Source: Nitrospirota bacterium
GTDB taxonomy: Bacteria > Nitrospirota > UBA9217
Direction: 5' to 3'
NCBI GenBank assembly: GCA_035623825.1
Contig: DASPSR010000050.1
Location: 1-53,239, forward strand
DNA length: 53,239 nt
Shown: piece after piece, positions 28,827 through 37,727 of the stretch
Position numbering within the stretch: the first letter of the stretch is position 1
Layout: each line of letters begins with the position of its first letter
The notes under the pieces: model-generated
Databases searched by the model: none
Told to the model about the DNA's origin: nothing
What the model saw: only the letters and a program-made list of their open reading frames with translations
Made by a program: the position numbers and the translations under genes

Positions 28827-30902
28827 TTGAAGGCAAGATGTGGAATGCCAAATACTATTGTTATAATTGTTATTTGCATAGTGGTTTTCTCAGAGATCCA
28901 AATACCGGTCGCCTTCGGTGGCGGAGTTCAGACCTTGGAAACGGTCGATGTGACGGACTCTGCCGAGAATCTCGTCGGGACGGCGGATTCTGCAACAGAG
29001 GGAACGGTCACGCCAAAACAGCTTGAAGATCGGCCAGTTCTGCGGACCGGTGAAATCCTCGAAGAGGTCCCGGGCCTGGTGATCAGCCAGCACAGCGGAG
29101 AAGGCAAGGCGAACCAGTACTATTTGCGCGGAATAAACTTGGATCACGGAACGGATTTTGCGGCTTCAGTGGCGGGCATACCGATCAATTTGCCCACCCA
29201 TGCGCATGGGCAAGGATATCTTGACTTGAACTTCTTGATGCCAGAACTCCTGAGTGGCATCCAATATCGAAAAGGGCCCTACTATGCCGATCAGGGAGAT
29301 TTTTCAGCTGCTGGCGCCGTTATCATGGATTACCGCAATGTTTTGGCACGGAACATCGCAGAGTTGACCGCAGGGAATAACGGCTATCGCAGGGCATTAG
29401 TGGCCGGCTCCCCGGCTCTGGCTGGGGGACACCTGCTTTACGGTTTTGAATATTACCATAATGATGGCCCATGGGTTTATCCTGACGATTATAAAAAATT
29501 CAACGGTGTGCTACGATACAGCCGAGGCGACGAGCAGAACGGGTATAGTATTACTGCGATGGGTTATAACGGTACCTGGAACGCGACTAATCAAGTCGCA
29601 AAGCGCGCAATTGACAATGGCTTGATTACACGTTTTGGCTCCCTCTCCCCAAGCGATGGAGGAGACACATACCGCTACAGCCTTTCCGTTGAGGGGCAGC
29701 ATACAACCGAGAATGCAGTTACTAGGGCGAATGCGTACGCGGTTTCCTATAACATGGATTTGTTCAACAATTTTACCTACGCTCTTGAAGATCAGGTCAA
29801 CGGCGACCAATTTAATCAGGCGGACAGTCGGATTATCTTGGGTCTCAATGCCAGTCAGGACTGGATGACGAAACTGGAAGGCCGCGATATGGTCAATACA
29901 GTCGGACTGCAAATCCGTAACGACGACATCAATCCGGTCGCGCTCTATCATACCGTCGACAGACAGACTATTTCCACGACACGGCAGGACCATGTAATCC
30001 AGACCAGCATCAGCATATACGCCCAGAACCGAGCCCAATGGTCGGAAAAGTTCCGGACTGTAGCCGGCATCCGAGAAGATGTCTTCCATTGGACCGTAAA
30101 CAGCGACAATCCCGCCAATTCAGGCACCGCAGATGCCTCGATTACCAGCCCTAAACTAAGCTTGATCTTCGGACCTTGGGAAAAGACGGAATATTATATC
30201 AATGCGGGTTACGGCTTCCACAGCAACGATGGACGAGGAGCGACGATGACTGTCGATCCAATAACTGGAGCTCCCGTTAGTAAGGTCACACCACTGGTGC
30301 GCGCCAAGGGAGTAGATATCGGAACGCGAACTGCGGTCATCCCGCATTTGCAGAGCGAACTCACATTCTGGGCATTAAATATAGATTCCGAGCTGATCTT
30401 TGACGGCGACCACGGCATAACGGAACCCACCTATGCAAGCCGCCGGTATGGTTTTGAATGGGCAAACTACTATACGCCGATCACCTGGTTTACCCTCGAT
30501 GCGGATTTGGCCTATTCCCATGCACGTTTTGTCGGAGACCCGATCGGCCCGTACATTCCCGGATCCCCCGAATGGGTCGCTTCAGCCGGCGCTTCCGTTG
30601 ACAATCTTTCAGGGTATCTTGCCAGCGTGCGTATCCGTTATTTTGGGTCCCGGCCGCTTTATGATGACAACAGCGTCCGTTCTGAGCCGTCCACGCTCGT
30701 GTATATGCGGGTAGGCTATCAATTTGCTAATGCTTGGCGCATCTTGCTTGATGTGTTCAATGTCTTTAACGCTCAAGTCAGTGATATCGATTATTACTAC
30801 GTTTCCAGGCTGCCGGGCGAGCCCCCGGCTGGCGTGGCGGACATTCATACCCATCCGGAGGATTCGCGCGAATTTCGCCTCACCCTGTCGATGACTTTTT
30901 AG
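28827..30902 (+). CDS. TonB-dependent receptor, probably for nickel
   Basis: TonB box ETVDVT; plug QHSGEGKANQYYLRG..DHGTD..HAHGQGY; C-terminal Phe; upstream NikR operators. Start TTG 28827 (SD GGAGG) or ATG 28845. Confidence 0.9.
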   Translation: MKARCGMPNTIVIIVICIVVFSEIQIPVAFGGGVQTLETVDVTDSAENLVGTADSATEGTVTPKQLEDRPVLRTGEILEEVPGLVISQHSGEGKANQYYLRGINLDHGTDFAASVAGIPINLPTHAHGQGYLDLNFLMPELLSGIQYRKGPYYADQGDFSAAGAVIMDYRNVLARNIAELTAGNNGYRRALVAGSPALAGGHLLYGFEYYHNDGPWVYPDDYKKFNGVLRYSRGDEQNGYSITAMGYNGTWNATNQVAKRAIDNGLITRFGSLSPSDGGDTYRYSLSVEGQHTTENAVTRANAYAVSYNMDLFNNFTYALEDQVNGDQFNQADSRIILGLNASQDWMTKLEGRDMVNTVGLQIRNDDINPVALYHTVDRQTISTTRQDHVIQTSISIYAQNRAQWSEKFRTVAGIREDVFHWTVNSDNPANSGTADASITSPKLSLIFGPWEKTEYYINAGYGFHSNDGRGATMTVDPITGAPVSKVTPLVRAKGVDIGTRTAVIPHLQSELTFWALNIDSELIFDGDHGITEPTYASRRYGFEWANYYTPITWFTLDADLAYSHARFVGDPIGPYIPGSPEWVASAGASVDNLSGYLASVRIRYFGSRPLYDDNSVRSEPSTLVYMRVGYQFANAWRILLDVFNVFNAQVSDIDYYYVSRLPGEPPAGVADIHTHPEDSREFRLTLSMTF

Positions 30903-30990
30903 ACGAGAAATGTTGTGCGGAAGCTGAGATGTTGAGACATGATTTCTCCTTGTACCCTGAAGATATATTTCCCCGATTGGAGAGTTATAG

Positions 30991-31893
30991 ATGAAAAATA
31001 ATCTCGTGGTGCAGTTCGTCGGAGCGATGGTATTGTTCGTATTGACAGCGTGCGGGGGCAGCAAGGAACCAACGTCGAGCGGCCTTTTTGGTGTTGTCTG
31101 GTCAGGGAATCAATTTGTCGGGGTGGGAAACAACGGGATTATCCGAACTTCTCCTGACGGAGTAACATGGACACCGCGGAATTCGGGAACGACAAAGTCC
31201 CTGCTCGGACTTGCTTGGTCCGGAACGCAGTTTATAGCGATAGGGAGCACTGGCGTTATTCTCGCCTCTCCTGATGGTGTGATCTGGACTATGCGAACCT
31301 CGGGCACTGCAAATAACCTCTACGGCGTTGCTTGGTCCGGGACGCAGTTCGTATCAGTTGGAGAGGCAGGCACCGTAATCACCTCGCCTGATGGAACAAA
31401 CTGGACAGCCCAGACCTCGGGCACTGCAAATAACCTCTACGGCATAACCTGGTCCGGGACGCAATTCGCGACAGTGGGGTTAAACGGCAGCATCCTTACT
31501 TCTCCTGATGGAGTAGTGTGGACACCGAGAACATCGGGTGTCACAGACCCTCTGGGTGGCATTATATTCGCAGGAACGCAGTTTGTGGCCGTCGGGAATG
31601 CCGGTGTCGTACTGACCTCGTCAGACGGCGTAACGTGGACATCACAGTCATCGGGCATCTCAAACGGCCTGAGCGGAATTGCCTGGTCGGGCTCACAATT
31701 TGTCGCTGTGGGGGACACGGGTTCCATCATTTCGTCCCCTGACGCAATAACATGGTCACCCCGTCCGGGGGATACGTCAAATTCTCTGTTTGGTGTTGCC
31801 TGGTCGGCATCCCAGTCCCAATTTGTGGCAGTGGGATGGAGCAACACAGTACTTACTTCTCCGGATGGAGTTACGTGGATAAAGCGTTCTTAG
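30991..31893 (+). CDS. Seven-bladed beta-propeller lipoprotein with Asp-box (BNR-like) repeats
   Basis: Lipobox LTAC; seven approximately 39-aa repeats containing TSPDGxxW. Confidence 0.85.
   Translation: MKNNLVVQFVGAMVLFVLTACGGSKEPTSSGLFGVVWSGNQFVGVGNNGIIRTSPDGVTWTPRNSGTTKSLLGLAWSGTQFIAIGSTGVILASPDGVIWTMRTSGTANNLYGVAWSGTQFVSVGEAGTVITSPDGTNWTAQTSGTANNLYGITWSGTQFATVGLNGSILTSPDGVVWTPRTSGVTDPLGGIIFAGTQFVAVGNAGVVLTSSDGVTWTSQSSGISNGLSGIAWSGSQFVAVGDTGSIISSPDAITWSPRPGDTSNSLFGVAWSASQSQFVAVGWSNTVLTSPDGVTWIKRS
31297..31443 (+). repeat. Identical 30-nt direct repeat between adjacent propeller blades
   Basis: ACCTCGGGCACTGCAAATAACCTCTACGGC at 31297-31326 and 31414-31443 (117-nt period). Confidence 0.9.
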
Positions 31894-32072
31894 CTATAAA
31901 GGATTTTTAGCTGAATCAAATTGGCGAAAAATAACGAATCTTTGAGGACGAAGCAATGGAAATATTTTTGCAGCAAGAATAATAGGGATACAGGTTTCAT
32001 TCCGAATTGATATTATGCCACCTGCTCGATGTATGTGTAGCTTCCATTTGGGATGTGGATGAGGTTTTTTTC

Positions 32073-32106
32073 TTGCCTACCGCTATTCCCTCTGATATAT
32101 TTCGGT
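32073..32106 (+). promoter_or_regulatory. modE promoter (TTGCCT-N17-TATATT) with overlapping ModE-box-like palindrome
   Basis: ACCGCTATTCC-N6-TATATTTCGGT (32079-32106) compared with the ModE consensus ATCGNTATATA-N6-TATATANCGAT. Confidence 0.55.
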
Positions 32107-32107
32107 C

Positions 32108-32485
32108 ATGCTGAACAGGAAAAAGAGCCATAAATCTGTGCACAATGTCTCAGACCGTACTGTCCGGGGACACATCTGGATCGACGGGCCGGAGGGCGTG
32201 TTCATCGGATGGGGCCGCGTCTCCCTGCTTGAAGAAATCCATAAGTATGGATCGATAACCAGAGCCGCAAAATCCTTGGGAATGGCTTACCGCCATGCGT
32301 GGGACCTTGTTGATTCCATGAATCATCAATCAAAGAAGCCTTTCGTTGAAGTTGTCGCAGGGGGCAAAGGCGGTGGTGGTGCACACGTAACTGAAGAAGG
32401 CAAGAAGGCCATCCGTCTTTTTCGCCAATTTGCTAAAGATTTCAAAGTATTTTTAGATCGCGAACAGAAAAAGCTGCGTTTCTGA
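32108..32485 (+). CDS. modE: ModE-family winged-helix regulator (N-terminal domain only)
   Basis: GRVSLLEEIHKYGSITRAAKSLGMAYRHAWDLVDSMN..GGKGGGGA; no TOBE domains. Confidence 0.88.
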   Translation: MLNRKKSHKSVHNVSDRTVRGHIWIDGPEGVFIGWGRVSLLEEIHKYGSITRAAKSLGMAYRHAWDLVDSMNHQSKKPFVEVVAGGKGGGGAHVTEEGKKAIRLFRQFAKDFKVFLDREQKKLRF

Positions 32486-32575
32486 CAATAGGGCGCTAGT
32501 TTCAGTGTTTCGGCGAAAATGCGCACCCACCCAAATGCAAAGTAACGACATATCTCCGGCACAAAAAGGAGCTAT

Positions 32576-32914
32576 ATGATGGAAAATAACGAACTGCACC
32601 TGCCTGAACTAGAGAAACTTAGCAAACTGATCTCTGCGCTTAGAGACTACGCGTTAAAGAGTGCACGCGATCAGTGGGCCAAAAATACCTCGATTGCATA
32701 TCTCGCACCCCGTCTGGACTCATGGGATACCTTCGTCTGGTTCGAACTCGCAAAGGACTGGGAGGTCGTCAATTATCTTCTCTCTGATACAACACGAGCC
32801 AGGAAATTAATGAGGAGCCTTCACTATTGCCTTCAGTGGTATGGGCAGAACGAAATTGATAGACTTCAGTGCATGAAATTCTCAATTGGAAAGCATAAGA
32901 ATAAAATACTATAA
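32576..32914 (+). CDS. Hypothetical protein
   Basis: SD AAGGAG, 112-aa ORF; no recognised motif. Confidence 0.5.
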   Translation: MMENNELHLPELEKLSKLISALRDYALKSARDQWAKNTSIAYLAPRLDSWDTFVWFELAKDWEVVNYLLSDTTRARKLMRSLHYCLQWYGQNEIDRLQCMKFSIGKHKNKIL

Positions 32915-33299
32915 ATTCCAACAAGTCTTGAAAGATATCCTATGGCTTCTATAACTGCTACAGATACGAGGCCAGCTGGTCTGCATAAAGCACAGAAACA
33001 GGGTGAAGAACCTTTCGCTTTAGGCATGATATAATTATTTAGGATGCTAGTTCATGTAATTGCTCGACAGAAGATATGCAGCCTTGGCCATCATCATGCA
33101 AGCGGGAGTTTGATTAAAATGTTCATCGGTTTGCTCTCATTCAGCGTCATGGTGGTCATAATTAGCGCTCAGATTGTGAAGAGACGCGATAAGGGTGCGG
33201 ATTGGCCACATATTTAGTCATCATTGCTCGGGAATCGTTTTGTTCGGTTTTTTGCCGTCGGAATGCGCACTATAGCGCTCAGCGTGGAGGAGGGACATC

Positions 33300-33506
33300 A
33301 TGAAACTAAGCACACGAAATCAAATCAAGGGCAAGGTCATTGAGATCGTAAAAGGTAATGTCGCGGCAAAAGTGAAGATCGATATTGGCGGTGGGAATAC
33401 GATCACTTCTACGATCACAGTAGAAGCCGTAAATGACCTCAAGCTGGAAAAGGGTGATGAGGTTATCGCCCTCATAAAAGCCAGCAGTGTGATGATCGGT
33501 AAGTAG
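33300..33506 (+). CDS. mop: Molbindin / TOBE-domain molybdate-tungstate-binding protein
   Basis: MKLSTRNQIKGKV..ITSTIT..ALIKASSVMI; SD GGAGGAGG. Confidence 0.93.
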   Translation: MKLSTRNQIKGKVIEIVKGNVAAKVKIDIGGGNTITSTITVEAVNDLKLEKGDEVIALIKASSVMIGK

Positions 33507-33792
33507 CCGGATGCCCGAACGATATCGATCGTAACAAATGCGAGGCAGCCCCCCGGAATTGTGCTTAGATATTGTTCGCTGTCTCTAGGGCGTGATTTCG
33601 ATTAAATCCCGGCAGTTTCCTACGGCCGGTAACTGGTGGCAATGGAGTTCAGGGGGGCAATATCGCTAGATACATGAAGCACGCACTTGTCCTTTCAACT
33701 AGTTAAAAGGAAATAATGGAGAAACATGGTGCCCCTTCATGAACTTCGAAAAAAGGACATCATCAGATATCTATTCTACGGAGGATACGAAG

Positions 33793-34623
33793 ATGGAATT
33801 GCATAAGAGAATGTTTACAGTATTCATTGCGGTTGTTATCTTGTCGTCGATTTGTGCCGTTTCTGTTTCGGCGGAGACGCGCATTCGCTGCGCGTCCACC
33901 ACGAGCACCCAGAACTCGGGATTGTTCGACTACATCCTGCCTATCTTCGAGAAGAAGACGGGGATCAAAGTGGACGTTGTTGCTGTGGGCACCGGCGCAG
34001 CGATCGAGATAGGAAAGAGGGGCGATGCGGACTTCGTTTTTGTCCATGCCAAGGAGCAGGAGCTGAAGGCAGTAGAAGAAGGCTTTTTCGTGAACCGGCA
34101 CGATGTGATGTATAACGACTTCATCATCATCGGGCCTGCGAATGACCCGGCAAAGATCAAGGGAATGAAATCGGCAGCCGATGCTTTCAAGCAAATCGCC
34201 GCGTCGGGCTCTTCTTTTGTTTCACGAGGCGATAAATCAGGCACCAATACGAAGGAGCTCTCCATCTGGAAGATGGCGGGAATAGAGCCAGCTGGCGAAA
34301 AATGGTATCTCGAAGTCGGACAAGGAATGGAAAAGACGCAGAGGATTGCCGACGAGAAGCGGGCCTATACACTTACGGACCGGGGAACGTGGCTTGCTAC
34401 CAGGGACAAGGACAAGTTGGAAATGATCATTGTCCTCGAAGGAGATGCCTCCTTGTTCAATCAGTACGGAGTGATGGCGGTGAATCCTGAAAAGCATAAG
34501 CATGTGAAATTCAAAGAGGCCATGGAATTTGTGAACTGGATCATATCCAGGGAAGGCCAGGACACGATCGCAAGTTTTAAGGACAAGAATGGAAACGCAC
34601 TGTTTATACCGAACGCTAAATAA
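33793..34623 (+). CDS. tupA: Tungstate ABC transporter substrate-binding protein TupA
   Basis: STTSTQNSGL, VGTGAA, FVHA, MYNDFIIIGP, FVSRGDKSGT, YTLTDRGTW and LFNQYGV motifs. Confidence 0.9.
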   Translation: MELHKRMFTVFIAVVILSSICAVSVSAETRIRCASTTSTQNSGLFDYILPIFEKKTGIKVDVVAVGTGAAIEIGKRGDADFVFVHAKEQELKAVEEGFFVNRHDVMYNDFIIIGPANDPAKIKGMKSAADAFKQIAASGSSFVSRGDKSGTNTKELSIWKMAGIEPAGEKWYLEVGQGMEKTQRIADEKRAYTLTDRGTWLATRDKDKLEMIIVLEGDASLFNQYGVMAVNPEKHKHVKFKEAMEFVNWIISREGQDTIASFKDKNGNALFIPNAK

Positions 34624-35129
34624 CCCAAAAGGATTTGCACGGATTGATCGTGTTGGGCATCACCATTATCCCCTTGTACTCGCCTCATGACAGTATGTGG
34701 CACAGCGGAACGATAGCAAGCATGTCAATAATACATGTCCTGAGCTGCCATGTTTATTCCAGAACTAATAAATGATTGACAGGATTTTCGAAGTTGAATA
34801 CACTATGTGCCGAAGTCGTTTGCCGTTTTTTCTATCAGCTGATATCGGCTCCTCTTAATTCTTGAATTTGCCGAAACTATCATGAGTATTCTGGAGACTG
34901 CCGGAGCAGAAGAGGCATTTGTCCCCACGTAAGTCTAATGCTGTTGCCTCTGAACGAAAGCGTTCCTATTGTAAAGGATACTATATAATTACAATATCCT
35001 ATGTTTGACGAAACACTTTTTACAAAAGCATACAACGTCGGATCTTGCCTAACAGACCTGCTTACCGTCCAGCCAATGCATGGGGCGAGTGTGAATGGCT
35101 GGGTTGATATTCCGCTAACGTTCGTGATC

Positions 35130-35630
35130 ATGATCTATTTTATGGCCATCACAATTACGGCAGCGAGTGTTGCATATTTTATGAAGAAGAAAAATCCCTT
35201 TGTCCAAGCTTTAAGAAAGTCCGTTCTCATTGCTTTCTTTTGCAGCGGGTTGCTTTATTTGGTTTATTCGGAACGGACGTGGTACGAGTGGCTCCGTCAC
35301 GATGTTGATGCCTATTCCGGAAAATCCACAGAGGAGAAAACATTTATAGATTTTGGTTCTATCTATGATTTCGCCTTGGCGGCACAAAAAGCATTGAAAG
35401 ATGGCGAATACACTCTCTATACTTCTAATAAATCTTTCAGCTTAATAGCCCAATACTATTTGCTGCCCAAGCGAAACAGGACCAATTCAAAAAACATTCT
35501 CGTTTTTTACGATACTGATGCCATCTATGACGACAGTACGAAGACATTCATAAAAGGCGATACGCGTGTTGAAAATGCCGAAATGATCTTTCGCTATGAT
35601 GCAGGTGCGTATATGTTGAGGATCAGATGA
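35130..35630 (+). CDS. Hypothetical membrane protein
   Basis: Two N-terminal TMs, YYLLPK motif; ATGA coupling to the downstream glycosyltransferase. Start uncertain (35001-35130). Confidence 0.6.
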   Translation: MIYFMAITITAASVAYFMKKKNPFVQALRKSVLIAFFCSGLLYLVYSERTWYEWLRHDVDAYSGKSTEEKTFIDFGSIYDFALAAQKALKDGEYTLYTSNKSFSLIAQYYLLPKRNRTNSKNILVFYDTDAIYDDSTKTFIKGDTRVENAEMIFRYDAGAYMLRIR

Positions 35631-37045
35631 TTACAGCGCTTGTTGCTTTAGTGATCCCGCTCATGCTGGGTTTTCTCATCGTGTCACTGCTGTTGCAGCA
35701 TGACACCACAAGCGGATTGGCTGAACGTTTCTGCTTGGCTTACCCGCTCGGCATGGGCATTGTGACAGTTCAGATGTTTCTCCTGGCCATCGTTCACGTT
35801 CCGTTAAAGCTCTGGTATGTTGCAGCGCCAATCATGATAGAAATTGCAGGCCTGTCCTTGTGGACAAGAAAGAGGAACGTCGTGCTCATCAAGGCGCCTT
35901 CGTTCGGGCTCCTCAGCGAGATATTTGGAGCGGGCAGCAATTGGATCAAAAAGGTCTCACTAGTCATCCTGACTGCTCTTGTCACCGTGAAAATAGCTTC
36001 CATCTTCATGGAAACATGCTTGAGGCCTATTTTTGCATGGGACTCATTCGCCAATTGGTCGGCAGGAGCTAAGGCGTTCTTCTATTCTCACGGCCTGCTC
36101 TTAGATGCTTCACCAGAGGATTTTTTCGGTAAGGGCTTGCTTAACAGGAACGCAAATTATCCTCCTCACAATCCGCTTCTGCAGGTCTGGATGAGCCTTT
36201 GGATCGAACATTTTGATGAAGTGTTTGTAAAATTATGGAGTCCCGTGTACCTTCTTTCCATGTCCGTTTATCTTTATGTGATCATGGCCCGTGAGACCTC
36301 ACGTCTAATTTCCCTGGCGATACTTGTGCTATTCTTGAGTTCCCCGCTCATGTCACTCCATTCTTTCGAGGTTTACAGCGATGTCCCGCTAAGCGTTTAT
36401 ATCCTCTTTGCCCTGATCATGTTCCTCTACAGTATGCGGGGGAAGGATGGGTATTGGGCGCTGATGGGTCTCTTCTCAGCGGAAGCACTGTTTACTAAAG
36501 ATGAGGCGCCTTTTTTTGTGCTTCCGCTTCTTCTGGCTGCCGCTGTTTTCTTATGGCAGAACAAAGGTCAAGGTATTACCCTTCGAAAATCGGCGATTCC
36601 CCTCTTCGCCAGCCTGTTTTTGGCTGTCCCCTGGTTCGTGTTCAAATTCACTCATAAGCTTGGGTTCGGCGCTGATTATGTGACAGTTGAACTTACCTTG
36701 CGTCCAGAGATGGTGTGGCAAGTCATATTGCTGATTGCATCTCTTGCGAATTTTAACGTATTTTTCCTTTTTATTCCCTTGCTTGCCATTCTAGCCGGCC
36801 GTCCAAAAAAGGAATTTATTTTATTAGGTGTGCCTGTTCTGTGTTATGCATCGTTTTTCATCACGGTTTATGCGCTGACGGTGTTTTTTTCTGGGAAATT
36901 GATGTTTGAAGCGGCTGTTTTCCGGAATATGCTGACGTATTATCCTAGCGTATGTTTTCTTACTTTCCTGTTGATAAAGACGATTATTCTGAGATGGGAC
37001 GGGGTCCAAACGGGTAGTATCAGTCCGAAGTATCTCTCGCCATAG
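35627..37045 (+). CDS. GT-C (ArnT/PMT-like, family 39) membrane glycosyltransferase
   Basis: Multi-TM; loop motifs WDSFANW..KA, NYPP, YSDVPL and TKDEA. Confidence 0.7.
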   Translation: MITALVALVIPLMLGFLIVSLLLQHDTTSGLAERFCLAYPLGMGIVTVQMFLLAIVHVPLKLWYVAAPIMIEIAGLSLWTRKRNVVLIKAPSFGLLSEIFGAGSNWIKKVSLVILTALVTVKIASIFMETCLRPIFAWDSFANWSAGAKAFFYSHGLLLDASPEDFFGKGLLNRNANYPPHNPLLQVWMSLWIEHFDEVFVKLWSPVYLLSMSVYLYVIMARETSRLISLAILVLFLSSPLMSLHSFEVYSDVPLSVYILFALIMFLYSMRGKDGYWALMGLFSAEALFTKDEAPFFVLPLLLAAAVFLWQNKGQGITLRKSAIPLFASLFLAVPWFVFKFTHKLGFGADYVTVELTLRPEMVWQVILLIASLANFNVFFLFIPLLAILAGRPKKEFILLGVPVLCYASFFITVYALTVFFSGKLMFEAAVFRNMLTYYPSVCFLTFLLIKTIILRWDGVQTGSISPKYLSP

Positions 37046-37082
37046 ACCCTGATTATATGTCGTATCTTAAAAGGAGGAGAAC

Positions 37083-37520
37083 ATGAAAATCGGTATCAGC
37101 CTGGTTGTGTTCTGTGTTGTTACACTGATGGGAGGAGTTGCAGTTGCCCAGCAGAAGGGGCCCGCCGAGGCCGCCGCGGAGAAGATTGTCCAGATCGTGG
37201 CGGATGGCTGCAAGGCCGAAATCGAGACTTACTGCAAGAACGTCACGGTCGGAGAGGGCCGCGTCTTGGCATGCCTCTACGCCTATGAGGACAAGCTTTC
37301 CGCTCGGTGTGAATACGCGCTCTATGATGCAGCTGCGCAGCTCCAGCGCGCAATTTCCACCCTGACTTATGTCGTGAACGAGTGCCAGTATGACCTGACG
37401 AAGTTCTGCTCCGTTATCAAGCCCGGCCAGGGGCGATTGCTCCAGTGCATTGACAAGAACGACGCGAAGATCAGCCAGCGGTGCAAACAGGCCTTGAAGG
37501 ACACGGGATTGAAGAAATAA
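37083..37520 (+). CDS. Secreted cysteine-rich repeat protein (Cys_rich_FGFR/GLG1-like)
   Basis: Signal peptide; two repeats CxxxxxxxCxxVxxGxGRxLxCL/I..C; SD AGGAGG. Confidence 0.85.
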   Translation: MKIGISLVVFCVVTLMGGVAVAQQKGPAEAAAEKIVQIVADGCKAEIETYCKNVTVGEGRVLACLYAYEDKLSARCEYALYDAAAQLQRAISTLTYVVNECQYDLTKFCSVIKPGQGRLLQCIDKNDAKISQRCKQALKDTGLKK

Positions 37521-37727
37521 GCGATCCATGAACGCCCGTCTCTGTCCCTCTCCAAGAGTAGGGGACGAAGATATGGCCAAAGCTGATGTGCATGGCGCTG
37601 ATCACAAAAAGGTTCTTTGATGTTGATAATGCAAATAGACAGGACTTTCTGATTGGCTGTCTTTTTCGAGAGGGGCGCGACGATATGTCCGCCGCGCCCC
37701 TTACCCAGGACATTAGCAAAGGGTTCT

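Noticed and set aside
28639-28830. 63-aa ORF as a functional gene
   Set aside because: It is a frameshifted tonB fragment with an arbitrary start.
31080-31890. Regular 117-nt periodic repeats as a CRISPR array
   Set aside because: In-frame coding repeats of a beta-propeller with synonymous divergence.
33252-33279. ModE box upstream of mop
   Set aside because: Only the right half resembles the consensus and the spacing is 2 nt short.
37053-37580. 175-aa minus-strand ORF
   Set aside because: Antisense to the Cys-rich repeat gene, which has the SD and signal peptide.
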